Origin: Marsupella aquatica
Lineage: Eukaryota; Plantae; Marchantiophyta
Length of the DNA stretch: 64,000 nucleotides
Direction: 5' to 3'
NCBI GenBank assembly: GCA_973895155.1
Contig: OZ316894.1
Location: forward strand, 22,876,709-22,940,708
The translations under genes were made by a program, and so were the position numbers. How positions within the stretch are numbered: position 1 is the first letter of the stretch; every line of letters begins with the position of its first letter. Of the stretch, positions 23,719 through 36,572 are shown piece after piece. The notes beneath the pieces were generated by a model, which saw only the letters and a program-made list of their open reading frames with translations, was not told the origin of the DNA and did no database searches.

Positions 23719-26700
23719 ATGGGTGAGTCTAATAAGGGATCATCGCCTCTCCGGTGGCTGTACCTATCCACTTATAATTGGGTCCTCTTTGGCGGTTGGT
23801 ATGCAACGGTCTATCCTGTTTTCCTTTGATTTAATGTAGAACGTCTCGGATGTGTCAGCTGTGCTAGATTTAGAGCATCTTGGTTGTATCAGCTCTGCAA
23901 AAACTGAAAAATCCTCGCTTGAGCCACCTGGGGTTTAAAAGAGATTCCTCCAATTTATTGCATTGCTAGACTTTGACGTCTTTGAAATCTAGTCCCACAC
24001 TGCGGTTATTTGAGAACAGAATACGATGTGGGTTCATGTTGTTACGCAGACTAACCTGAATGCTCTGCAATAATCAGTGCCCGTCCATTGCGAACACTCC
24101 TCCTGTTCTTGCAGGTGTCAGATTTTCTACCTAGCAATCAATGCACTGTTGGTGGGAGGGCCAAAGTCGGTTTATGTAGCTGTTGAGAAACCATTACAAA
24201 TCTGGCAGACGGCTGCTCTTTTTGAGGTAGGGCATCAATCTCTCCAACTTGATCCGGGCACCATAATGCCTGCCTTGTTTGTCCGTTTATTTATGCACAT
24301 CCACACCTGTACGACACTGCAATGCGACACTCATCATGTGTCTTAAGTTAGTTACTCGCTTAGCCGCCCATTGGACGCTCTATTGTCCCACTTGGAGCTG
24401 ATCATGAATTAGAAAATAGTGCGTGCTGTCGAATTGTATCATCTTAGTGAATACAATATGGCTTTCGTCGGCCTTCAAAATTAAATTGCAAACTTGGCTC
24501 GCGAAAAGTCACTGAAACGTTTGTAACAGACAGGGACTGAGGTTTTGTAAAATTGCTGTTTGCATTTCAGAAGAGTTTTCGTCATTGCTATCCTTGCAGT
24601 TAAAATTACAAACATGATCCAATTTTTGTAACTGAAACTTGTGCTCACTTGATATGTTTATATGCTGGTGGCTGAAAGATCTTCAACAGTATTGTAGGTG
24701 AGCATGTTCGTGGCTACTTTGTATCCTTCAAATTTCCTCTTTTCGTCAAGATCGCTGTCAAGGGGAATGCATTCTGCATGCCTCTTTCGTCCCTTTCAAT
24801 GTTATAGATGGCCTCTTTCAGTTTTGAAATCGTTTCGTCAGCCACCATAGTTTGGAAGAGATTAACAAGATTGGGTTGTGTACAGGTATATTGAGATCCC
24901 CCGTGTCAGCAACTCTACCACAGATCTCATCGCGTTTGTTTCTTACATGGGGTGTACTGTATAGCTTTCCTGAGGTAACCCATTCTTTAAGGAAATCGTA
25001 AAGAGACATGTAATATAGGAAATCTGGTACTAAGGAATTGTGGTTTGCATCATCTCTTCCTGCTCTTCTCTCACTGTTCGATAGGCTTATCCTTGTGCTT
25101 GTTGAATGTTGTCTGCCAGACAAGAGATCACTGGTTGGTGACATCGTTGATCCTAAGCTGGGCAGTCACTGAGGTATTACTGCGATCTATTGAAAAGCGT
25201 TCTCTGCTTGTCTTGTTGCGAACGAAACTCGCTGGAGTGATTTCCTTCAATTGTCTCTTTTTTACGGAGGCATCAGGCTGTGAGCAGGGGTGGTGTGTTT
25301 GTCAGCTATTTGATTTCTTCTCTCCGTCCGCTAAACTGACAAATAAAGCTATGGTGGTGTGATAGTTGATTTAATTTAGCGTTTCGTCCTTTGTCCTCTG
25401 AACCTTGTACTTGAGTTGCTCAAGCAGGCAGGGTACACTGATGTTTCGTTTCATATAACACTCCAACCTAATGTGATGCCTGCAAATCAAATTTTTAGCT
25501 ATCGTGCGTTCATGATAGTAGAATGTTGACCTTGTTGTTGAATTCAGGTTATCCGCTACTTTTTCTTCGGTCTGAAGGAAGCATTTGGCTACACTCCTCC
25601 TACCTTACTTTGGATAAGGTGCGCAAATATTCAGTCTGCTTGATGGTGGCCCTGTGTAAGACCTTGTAACTACTTGTTAGTTTAGGTGCAGAGGCTTTGT
25701 GAGTATCGCATCAATTTGTCATTAGTTTCATTCGAGACAGCCTTGACTTGAAAGTGATCTCGTTAGCATTCCATACATGTTAAGTTTAGTGTTTATGTTT
25801 CAATGCATGTTTCTTCAAATCCATTTTAGTTCATTGTCACAGTGAAAGCTACTGTATTTGTACCGACTGAGGTACTTATTTAGGGCCTGTACTCTTATGG
25901 TTGCAGGTATAGCACCTTCTTTCTTTTGTACCCCACTGGCATCTGCAGCGAGGCAGGCCTGATTTATGTGGCTTTACAATACATGAAAGTGAGTATGGGC
26001 CTAGATATCCTGGACAATTTTCCAGTTTTGCCCACTGGAAATTGATCCATCTAATGCATCCATTTGTGTTAAGAGAGGAATCTAGCTGTCCCAGTATTTT
26101 GTGGCTTCTGCCCTCTTTTTCATTTTGTTGCACAAAAGCTGGATTACCTATTATATTTTTACCTCCTGAAACATTAAATCAAGGGAGAAAAAATTGACGT
26201 GAAAATTTCGTTGCTTCTGCCGTCCCGAATAGTTGTTTTATTTGGGGATTCTGTCCCACCTGAAATAAGTTCCATGCACGAGAGTGTTCTATTCTTTTGT
26301 AACTTTGCGAGTTCAGAATAACACCAATGAATAAAAAAGAGGTTCTATAGCTGCTACACTGGATGACCCCTGTCCTTTTGTTTGTCCTGAGCAGGTTTCT
26401 GATTTGTACTCTCTCCGAATGCCAAATAGCATAAATTATGCATTTGACTATTACTATGCATCTGTGATGGCTCTTGCTGCCTACATTCCAGGTACAGGTT
26501 TATCATCAGTCACTATTTGTTGGTTTTATATCTTAAGGTCTAAACTGTCTGACTATGTTCCGAGAGATGTGATCCAAGAATTGTTGTGCAAAAGGGAAAC
26601 ATCCAATTTTATTCATTGTGGAAGCAGTAAAAAAAATTGCATACGAAGAATCACGAGTGTTTGCTTCAAAAGAACCCTGGTAAGATTATACGCAGCTTGC

Positions 26701-26835
26701 CTAGGGTTTTTGTTTTTCACTTAACCTGAAAATAACAATGGCGTGTGTTGTGCAGGGAGTCCATATATGTATACACATATGATCGGTCAAAGAAAGAAAG
26801 CATTAGGAAGCTCCTCTAAGCAGAAAGCTCAGTGA
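23719..26835 (+). CDS. PAS2: Very-long-chain 3-hydroxyacyl-CoA dehydratase (PASTICCINO2/PTPLA family); 9 exons (23719-23798, 24115-24226, 24679-24697, 24886-24974, 25120-25173, 25548-25618, 25907-25988, 26395-26491, 26756-26835)
   Basis: Spliced product LYLSTYNWVLFGGW..VEKPLQIWQTAALFE..RSPVSATLPQISSRLFLTWG..SWAVTEVIRY..WIRYSTFFLLYPTGICSE..YSLRMPN..YIPGSPYMYTHMIGQRKKAL. All GT-AG and in phase. Confidence 0.96.
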
Positions 26836-28112
26836 AACAACTTGAGACTTATCTATCCGAGAGAGCAACCGGATCTTGAAGTTCTTCAGGGAAAGGATTG
26901 GATCAGAGGTTGTCTTTACCGCCCAAGTAATACCTCAAGAATTACATTGTTCGCTAGGGTTTACAGGAATCAAATTTTAAGTTGGCTCTAGTCAAATTTT
27001 CTCTGAAATGTAGACTAAAATAGTCACCCACCGACGTGTAGCGAAGCAAACCAAGTTGGTGTGCGCAATCGAGACTTAGGAAATTCCAACCAATTCCACT
27101 TATCCAAGTAGGATGCCAGTCCGAGCGGGTAAGCCAACTCCAAACTCATCGGACCCTTTGTTCTCCCTTTCAGCTACAGTCAATGTACTAAGGAAAATAT
27201 CCAATTTATGAGATGTTCTGTGACGCCAAAGCTTGAATTGTTGCCACCTAACGCTTCAACAATATTGTTACCTGTACTGGTGAAATTCGGAAACAAAATG
27301 TCAGGGCGCGATTCCTAGTTCATATACTTTGTCGTGTGTTGTCACATTAAAAGGTTTATGTGCCTCAACGGCGGTCAGTAATTACTGCACTAGAAACGAG
27401 TAGGGCCGGTTGCAATCAGGACTGACAAAATCTTCCCCATAACAGCGATTGGAATGACGCCAGGACATTAGAGTAACATCTGAAGCTTTGTATCTTGAAC
27501 CGATTTCATCCCCATCCGGTCAGATTCCATTTTCTCTGGTAGCTTGATTAGATCACGGAGCTGGATGAAAGATTAATGATGGCTTTCTCAGCTGAAGAAC
27601 CAAGGGATGAGGCACTAGATAATTATGCAAAAGAGTTTTTATTTCCGTACGGAACAATGTACTGGTCATAAATCCTCTTCATGTGAGACTGAGTTCGATG
27701 CTCCGAAAGTTGTACTTTAGTTCGTTTACTGCGAAACGAACCGTTTAGTCCCTGTTTTCGCAGTGCCTCCCGTTGTGGAACCATCAATTTTATCTTTGAG
27801 CTTCCAAAAGCCAGGACCTCGTCTCAGGATAGATTTTGTCGCGAGGTCGTACACTTTTGCACTAGTAGTATAAGAGACTAATCTCTTCTGTTGAAATCTT
27901 CTACTTATCAAAGCGGCTGGATTTGGCTTTGAGCCCAGTAAGATCACACGATCAGTCTGAGGGGTCATTGTAGGGGGTCATTGTAGCTTGCGAGAAAATA
28001 GTAGAAAATTTTCTCGCATGAGCTAAAATTTTCCTCGCATGACTCCTAACTAGCAATCTCGCTAGCCATCTGGAGTCATAAAAAATACACAAAAAATAAA
28101 AAAGGCAGAAAG

Positions 28113-28303
28113 AGAAAAAGAAATTTAAAAAGACAAATGTCTCGCTAACAATACTCCCTGGCTAACAAGACAGCAAAAAGAAAAAGAAATTTAAAAACAC
28201 AAGTGTCTAGCTCGCTAACAATACTCCCTGGCTAACAAGACAGCAAAAAGAAAAAGAAATTTAAAAACACAAGTGTCTAGCTAACAATACTCCTGGCTAA
28301 CAA
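28113..28303. repeat. Tandem repeat, ~70 bp unit, 3 copies
   Basis: GAAAAAGAAATTTAAAAASACAARTGTCT..GCTAACAATACTCCCTGGCTAACAA occurs three times. Confidence 0.9.
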
Positions 28304-28899
28304 AATTCCAGTTTGCTCCCATCATAGAATAGCTCAGGCGCACCAGTAAAATCTTGCTGCTAATTATGTTCTTGCAAACTAATTACCTTGACAGATTTCA
28401 CAACGTCCAGAACGGACGGCATTTTTGTTGAGCCAAGTCGTAGGAAACAGGTCACATTTGCGCAAAACCCGCTTCGGCCACGTTGGACAAATCATTTTGC
28501 AATTGATGTGAAAGCTGGAAACCACTTGGACAACACGTTGCACTGTGCTCTTCAAGAAATTCTTGGACGAACTGGAAGTAGAGAGCTACTCCGAGAGCTA
28601 CAGCACTAATTGCTATCTGTCTGAGTCCAGTAGGTACTGGCATGGCTTGAGGAGGACCTGGGTGTCACAATGATGTAAAAGAAGAGGACCAATCAGCTGT
28701 ACCGAATCCTTTTTTGTTGAGAGCGATCCCTGGAGCTCCGCCGTCCTTTGAGTCCTACAGCTCCACACCAACTCTTATGAATTTCCCGTACTGATTAACA
28801 AGGAGTGGAAGGGACGAGGGGAAGATTCCTCTGAGTAACATCAGTTTTTGAGCGACAACTTTTGAGTGACACGTACCTGAGATTGTATGGCAAAGTACA

Positions 28900-29058
28900 T
28901 TTCAGTTCCACCTGTCCAGCGAAGAAATTGAACAGTTTGCCTCCGTCTGGAGACGTAGAATGTTTTGCATACTTTTTAGTTCCACCTGTCCAGCGAAGAA
29001 ATTGAGCAGTTTGCGACTGTTCACCTCCGTCAGGAGACATAGAATGTTTTGCATGCTT
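28900..29058. repeat. Tandem duplication (~75-85 bp, 2 copies)
   Basis: AGTTCCACCTGTCCAGCGAAGAAATTGARCAGTTTGC...CCTCCGTCWGGAGACRTAGAATGTTTTGCAT occurs twice. Confidence 0.85.
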
Positions 29059-30269
29059 TTAACTTTAGTCATTGGTCTTCTTGGGGCCTCTTCCCCTCCC
29101 TTCGCCCCCCTTTCTTGGGCTGCTTTGCCTTTGGGACCCTGTCCCGGTTCGGTGTTTTGCCTTGTGGCACTGTGTTTATATATACTTTAGCCAAGCAGTG
29201 GAAGTTGAATGGTCTTTTGGCTCCACTTTATGGCAGCAGCCGATCGGAGTCAATGCATCATTTGTGATCGTGTTAACACAAATAAATCTGTTAATTCTTC
29301 TTCTCCTGACGTAGCAAACATTTACCAGTTACCAAGACTCAATTGCTAAAACTCATGTATAATGTCCAGAAGAGACTAATATTACTACTACTGCAGTAAT
29401 ACGAGTGAAGAAAGAGAGCGCTGGAAAGTGCTGGAGAGCTCCATTTTGGTACATGTATAGAATTCTTCTGTCATTTTCTTGCGGGCAAAGGGCTTTGCTT
29501 CAATTGTGGGGTGGAGAGAGAGATTGCCGGAGAGAAGTCATTGTTGTCTTCGACACACTGGCTCCAGAGGGACAAAATTGACATGCAACATAACTGTAGA
29601 ATTATGTAAACGATCACACTGGCACCTAATAATGAATCTTTCGTTGCATTGACTGTGGATCCTTTTATCAATGACCCATCCAGCGAATCCCCCAAATGCA
29701 ACCTGATCATCTTCCATCCGAATATGGGACGAGCTCACTGAACCCAAAGTGGAATCTCGGCCTTGCTGGCTCATTCTGTTTGTTTGCGTCCAGCTTGGTG
29801 CACAACTCGTCACATCTGTCACCCTGTAGTGTTGCGTATATGAGTAAACAAGAATAATTATGGCTGATGAACCCAATTTCCAGACAGCCCACGCATAGGT
29901 GAGAGCCAAAAGAAAGACTAAGAAACGGATTCACGTTGCTTACACGAGCTGTGATGATGTTGTGGAGGTTTCGAATCTTCAAGCCAGCGAGGTAGAGGCA
30001 CTTAATTATGATATTTCTTTGACGGTGAATACACTGTTCCGAATCTTGGCAGGGCTGGAGTCGAGGACTTGGCTCATGATGCTTTCTTCAGTGCTGCAAC
30101 AATGGAAAGTAGAGACAGAGAGAGAACCTGTAGCTTCCATGGTTGCATGGCCCTCCACACTGGCCAACAATTCGCCCCTACACTTGTCTCTCATCTCCTT
30201 TGTTTCTCGTCTGTACACTTGTCTCTCATCACTCATCTTCCTGGTCTCTTCTCTGTACACTTGTCTCTC

Positions 30270-31850
30270 ATCTGTACCGAATTGAAGTTCCCATGGACCA
30301 CAACATTTGACAAAATGCCTGGACTACCATTGGATCACTTTGGAGCATTACTTGTTATTCAGATACCACCTTTCCTTTTTATAATGGTCATGGTTTTGGG
30401 TGTTTAAAAATGCCTTAGGTCCATAAGAGTCCCAGTGTCAAACTTTGTGGTCCAGGCAAGCATCAACTTGTCTCTCATTGTCCGAGTTGTACCAAAATTG
30501 AAATTCCAGACCACAACAATTGACAAAATGCTCAGATAGACCAGGGCAACCAGCATGGACCACTCTAAAGCATTACTTGTTACTCTGATACTACCTTTCC
30601 TTTTTATAATGGTCATGGTTTTGGGTGTTTAAAAATGCTTTAGGGTCCATCAGAGTCCCAGTGTCAAACTTTGTGGTCCGCCAAGCATCAACTTGTCTCT
30701 CATTGTCCGAGTTGTACCAAAATTGAATTTCCAGTGGACCACAACAATTGACAAAATGCTCAGATGGACCAGGGCAACCAGCATGGACCACTCTAAAGCA
30801 TTACTTGTTACTCTGATACTACCTTTCCTTTTTATAATGGTCATGGTTTTGGGTGTTTAAAAATGCCTTAGGGTCCATCAGAGTCCCAGTGTCAAACTTT
30901 GTGGTCCAGGCAAGCATCAACTTGTCTCTCATTGTCCGAGTTGTACCAAAATTGAATTTCCAGTGGACCACAACAATTGACAAAATGCTCAGATGGACCA
31001 GGGCAACCAGCATGGACCACTCTAAAGCATTACTTGTTACTCTGATACTACCTTTCCTTTTTATAATGGTCATGGTTTTGGGTGTTTAAAAATGCCTTAG
31101 GGTCCATCAGAGTCCCAGTGTCAAACTTTGTGGTCCAGGCAAGCATCAACTTGTCTCTCATTGTCCGAGTTGTACCAAAATTGAATTTCCAGTGGACCAC
31201 AACAATTGACAAAATGCTCAGATGGACCAGGGCAACCAGCACGGACCACTCTAAAGCATTACTTGTTACTCTGATACTACTTTTCCTTTTTATAATGGTC
31301 ATAGTTTTGGGTGTTTATAATTAAAAATGCCTTAGGGTCCATCAGAGTCCCAGTGTCAAACTTTGTGGTCCAGCCAAGCATCGACTTGTCTCTCATTGTC
31401 CGAGTTGTACCAAAATCGAACTTCCAGTGGACTACGACAATTGAAAAATGCTCAGATGGACCAGTGCAACCAGCATGGCCCACTCCAAAGCATTACTTGT
31501 TACTCAGATAGCACCTTTCCTTTATATAAGTGGTCATTGTTTTGGGTGTTAAAGATGCCTCTGGGTCCATCAGAGTCCAAATGTTAAATGTCGTGGTCCA
31601 GCCTAGCATCAACTTGTTCTTGTCTTCCTTGTTGTACCAAAATTGAAATTCCAGGGGACCACAACCCTTGACAAAAATTCACATGGACCAGTGTAACTAG
31701 CACGGACTAGTCTAAACCGTTACTTGTTGTTCAGATAGCACCTTTCCTTTAAAGAACTGGTTATTATTATGGGTGATTAAAAATGCTTGGTCCATCAGAG
31801 TGCCAGCATCAAATGTTGTGGCCCAGTCAAGCATCAAGTTGTCTCTCATC
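30270..31850. repeat. Satellite-like tandem array, 229 bp unit, ~7 copies
   Basis: Near-identical units offset by 229 bp in the centre (e.g. ORF-track copies at 30853 and 31082), diverging at both edges. Confidence 0.95.
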
Positions 31851-32249
31851 TTCCGCTCCTCTCGTCTATATCAAAATCGGTTTGGCTTGGTTGTCTCATT
31901 TTGTTTCACCTCTACTTCTAGTAGTTGGAATATTGTCGAGGGTGGCCCATCCTCATCCAATATATACATTGTTTTCAAACTAGAAAATGATGAAAGCAGG
32001 ATAATATTCTGGCCTTGAGTTGTTTCTTGAAATGAAAAATAATTAATGTTTTGTCCAGGTACTACACAACCGAGATAGCAGCAGTTTTAATAGTTTGCGA
32101 TTCTGGATGGCAAGCATTCCTGGGAAACTCATATTTAGTGCTACCCATTGGGTCTCACAATTCAAAATTGCCGTTTCTAGCTTGGTGCCTCCTCATGTCG
32201 TCACATTTCTGAATGCTACCTACAATGCATAAATCCAGGTAATTAACTG

Positions 32250-32700
32250 CAGAGTTTGTATCACAGTAATCATCCCAGCAAGCATAGCCCAATGCTAGCA
32301 GGCGTTGTTGCAAAAAGTGAGGTTCCGAGTTCAAAATTCATGAGGGGAGTAGCTTGGAGAAACCCCCATCCCACAGTGGAGTCATCAAAGCCCTTTACAC
32401 ACAAAACACTTGATACTAAACAATTGGATGATACCCTCTTATCACCTGAATGGAAACAGGTAGGACCCAAGGCGTTGTAAGGAATGAGTTTCAAAGTTCA
32501 AGCTTCATCTGTAAAGCATCTTTTTCACAAACCGCCATCCCAAAGTGGGGTAACCAAAGCCCTTTACACAGAACAGATTGACACCCAGAAGAGCTGGAGG
32601 TCACACGCTCTGCAAACAATGGAAACACTCAGGCAGGCAAACAACATCTAAGAGCCAGACTAAAGGGGTTGTAAGACCAGTCTCTTATTAGCTAAATGGA
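32250..32700 (-). mobile_element. Highly decayed LINE reverse-transcriptase remnant
   Basis: Minus-strand KGFDDSTVGWGFLQAT resembles the non-LTR RT motif KAFD.V.W.FL. A second diverged copy of the segment lies at ~32530-32580. Confidence 0.3.
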
Positions 32701-35700
32701 AATCATGAGCATATTAGAGGCCACATCTAAGAGAATCTCCACCAGTCACTAGGATTCTTTATTCTAGACGTTTCAAACCCACTACTAACACAAGCTAATA
32801 TTGGTTTACAATATGGCATTTACTGTATGGTATGAATGGGGTTCAGTAAAGGGCAAGCCCACCCGCTTGTCGGATATTTCTCTTCTCCTCAAATGTGCAC
32901 TGTTGGATAGATTTTGAAAAACCCAATTAATGAATTCAATAAGAAGTCAATGTGGAATAGTGACTCTCAAATCCAATCAAGTAACGTAAAAACCTTATAA
33001 AGTGAATATGCAATGCATTCCAATTGCTCTTTTGGCTTGATGTTGGTGTATTTGGTCACCATATATTACAATCCACGGACCTGTCCAAGATGCTCTAAGA
33101 AGTGAGAGCATCTCCAGCCCACTGGGTTTCGCTCATTGGAGATATTAATTTAATACATATAGTAGTCACACATTAAATACCCAGTCCAACAAGTCTCTTC
33201 TTTAGTTTGCTGTACCTAGCTATCATGACCAACTGAAAAGGAGCCCCGACCGCCATGGTGTAATTTCTTTCCTAAATAGCAGGTATCAGCTGATTATTAG
33301 AGATGGAAATCTTGGAAACCTAGAGGAGCAATGATCCCAGTAGAAAGTCAGCTCTTCCATATACAAATTCATATATAACCCCCTTCATGAAACCCCTCTA
33401 GGTCTCCTACATTGTATATAGTCTTTACCAGGTTGGTTAACACCCTCTTAGAGTAACAAAACCCACTAGAGTTGGAGATGCAAAAGTGAAGCCCGCATGG
33501 ACCACCATATAGACACAATGCTCCTGTGGTCCATGGGAGTTTTGGGTTTAAACTTTGATGATTATGGCTCTTAAAATGATTTTTAGTTTTTCACCGGGAA
33601 GCCAAGTAGAGAAGGAGGAGACACAAAAAAACACAAGCCCTAATATTTCATATTAATACAATGAAAATTAATCTAACAAAATTTACCCCTCCTCATTTCA
33701 TGCTGAATAATTCAACCAAAATGGCCAAAAAATCAGTCACTCTGATGGAAGTGTAGCTTACTTACTCCTCTAGCACATGCTCAAAACTGAAAAATATTTG
33801 ATTTATGAACATCAAATTATTTCAGCTAAACTCAAATTTTGGGAATGTGGTCCATGTGGGCTTCAAAGACCAAATTGTGATGGTGGTCCATGGGGGTTTC
33901 AAAGACCAAGTTGTGATGGATCATTTTCTGGAGATGCTTTAATAAGTAAGTCTTGGAGATGCTCTGATAATGGGACCAACAGATAGCAATAATGAGTTTT
34001 CTTTGCACCGTCATCGAAGTGAATAGTTTGAGGAAATATTAATAAAGTATGGACGAGGCTGTGCCCCCGGGTCGGTGGGACCTGGCCACCATGAGTGGGC
34101 CACATGGCCACAGCGAAAACGCCAAATCCTTCTCGCGGGCGGGCCAATGGCCAGAGCACGGCACGCTGGCCCCGAGTGGCTCCGATCCGAGCCAGGTTCA
34201 TGCACCTGGCCCCGTCGGGTCGTCGCGTCCCGGAAACCCGTTCACACCGGATAGCGACCGAACGAGAAACTTCACTGAGTGAAGAAATTCATCAATTCAC
34301 TGCGGAGAAACTCCCATCTACGTTATCTTCGTGTCGAGGATTTCTTAGACTGTTTCCCCTTTGACTGGAACCCTACTGCGTATCGAGCTCGATCCGGAGG
34401 AAAAGAAGGGTGCACGTGGATTGATCTGAAGTCCTGTAATCAGACATGACCCAAATTCGCTGCTGCATTCTACATCACGAGTTTCTGAAAGTGGAAATAC
34501 TTTCCGCCAGCCCGCCGTGTTTGATTGCATGTCTCCTCGATCTCGTTTTCCCTACTGCTGCTAGCCACCTCTGCTGCCTGAGTGGCGAAGGAACGCAGCT
34601 CCACCACTCTCTTGACTGCCTGTCTTCTGCCCTCCACGCTTCGCAGCTTCTAATCTTGTATCCGTCCATGGAAAGCAAGCTTTGGCGGATTCGCATGCTG
34701 CTACGTCGAGCACCAGTCACTCACTCTAGCTGGGAGTGGCAGTAATCGAGGAGGATCTTTGAACTCCGTGAACTGGTGTTGATTTCACTTCGAAGCCTCT
34801 ACCTTACTGTCGCCTTTATGTTCTCACCAGCACTGCAGTTTGTCGTTTTGGCTGGCAGCATGGAGTTTGCGCAGAGTGACGGAGGGGATCGCTCAAAATC
34901 CAAAACTGGCAGTTAGTTTCTGGCAGTTGGAAACAGCGTTCACACTTGCACTTGATCACTTAGGTCGTCCATGGTTGTCAGTCTAAGAAGCGTCCCGTCT
35001 ACCAGTCACCTGGTAGATATCTATCTTAGCCAAAACGGGAAAACAGCCTGGGACTTGGCAATTCGGCTGTAAAATTAATGTCAGCTGATTCCGCTCGTTC
35101 GGGCAAGCGTATCAGCGTATCCTCAATATAGATCTGTGGCACTCGAAGTAGCTAGGCTGCGGTTACCTACAAAATCAAGGGTCGGTCAATGTAGTCCTCG
35201 TATCTATACTTGTCTACGAAGTCGAGCACGACATTGTATTGGTAACAATAATGAATCCGGTAGCTGAGAAGCTACGATAGAATGAGAAGGCCTCGGAGGA
35301 GGTGTCACACCTACCCTCAGCGGTTCCTCATCCAGCACTCTTTGGCAAGACACTAGTAGTGTATCGCTAATATTTGTTGTCCTAGCCGCAATTTGAAGGA
35401 CGAGAATGATGGTCACATAAGGTTTAAGATTGCAGCTGTTGACAGCATCTGGTTTGGCTCTAGCTTCAGGGGGACCCATTTTAATTCACTCCCGCTCAAC
35501 CGTCCTCACCGAAAAGGCTAACCCTTCCTCCCGAAACAAATTACAGCAAATTAAAGGAAGTGGTAGTTATAGTTCATCCCAAAATGTGGCCAGATGCAGT
35601 GTATACCGACAGGTGCAGTGCATACCGACCTTTGCTAACGGGCAGAGCTGGAAGGAATGAAGGAAGGAAAGGGTACAGCAAGGTTTTGCTCGACGAAAGC

Positions 35701-36572
35701 AATGTCCCCTTCTTGGATATCTAATGAATATCCTACGGTACTAACGAATCAACCCACTACTATACTCAGCAAGCAAACCGGCTCTTGTCAACGAGCCAGT
35801 CCCGTGCATGTGCTCAACTCGTCTCCACTCGCCCGAAATCAAGTAAACGAGTTCTTGACGAAGACATGACTAAGCCATCATTTGACAACAGCAAGAGGAT
35901 GGGAGTCAGTCTGATTGACCGAATAGAATGAACGATTGAACAAAGGAACTACATTTGGAAGGCGTCACGGAGTATTATTGCTCCGCTGTATCTGATATTA
36001 TGCAAAGAATTCGATCGAACACAAAGCGAAATATGTACACGGCCTTTCTTCTGTCTGCGGCAAAATTTTCGTTTTTTCTGGCTGTTGAGCCAGAATCTAA
36101 ATAATTATGTAAGTCTACAGCTCAAGTTCTTAGTCATCCCCGTCCGAAATCATCGAGGAGACTGCTGAAAGTCTCGAGAAAACTGGCATACTCGATGTAA
36201 CCTTCCTAAGTGCTGTAAAATTGTATTATCGCGCCATTCGATCGTGGCTGCAAAAAATGGTAGCATACATCTGTCTAAAAGGGCTGTACATGTAATCATT
36301 CGTCTACAGCACGCGACGAGGAGTTTACTCTTTCGATAATGAAGTTAAAACCTGAACACGCTCTTCTGCGTATTGTCAATCTCTCATGGCCCTGAGGTAG
36401 TCCGGCCCTCGCCCATCCATATTTATCGATAGCTTGTTCACCGGATTAACTGTCTCTGCATATCGATCAAAAACGATCTTTCCCACGTGATGTACACAGT
36501 ACAAGTATTTTACAAATGAGCACCAAAACACCGCAGGACTCCAATATTTCGTGCCCACAGCATTCAGAAAAC

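Noticed and set aside
28388-30285. Several 70-130 aa ORFs on both strands
   Set aside because: No recognisable domain, no consistent splice model, mostly non-ATG starts. A decayed gene cannot be excluded.
30404-31587. Repeated 60-85 aa ORFs (MTIIKRKG.., MFKNALGS..) and the possibility of a CRISPR-like array
   Set aside because: These are by-products of the 229-bp unit, which is not a multiple of 3. The units are contiguous with no unique spacers and no cas genes.
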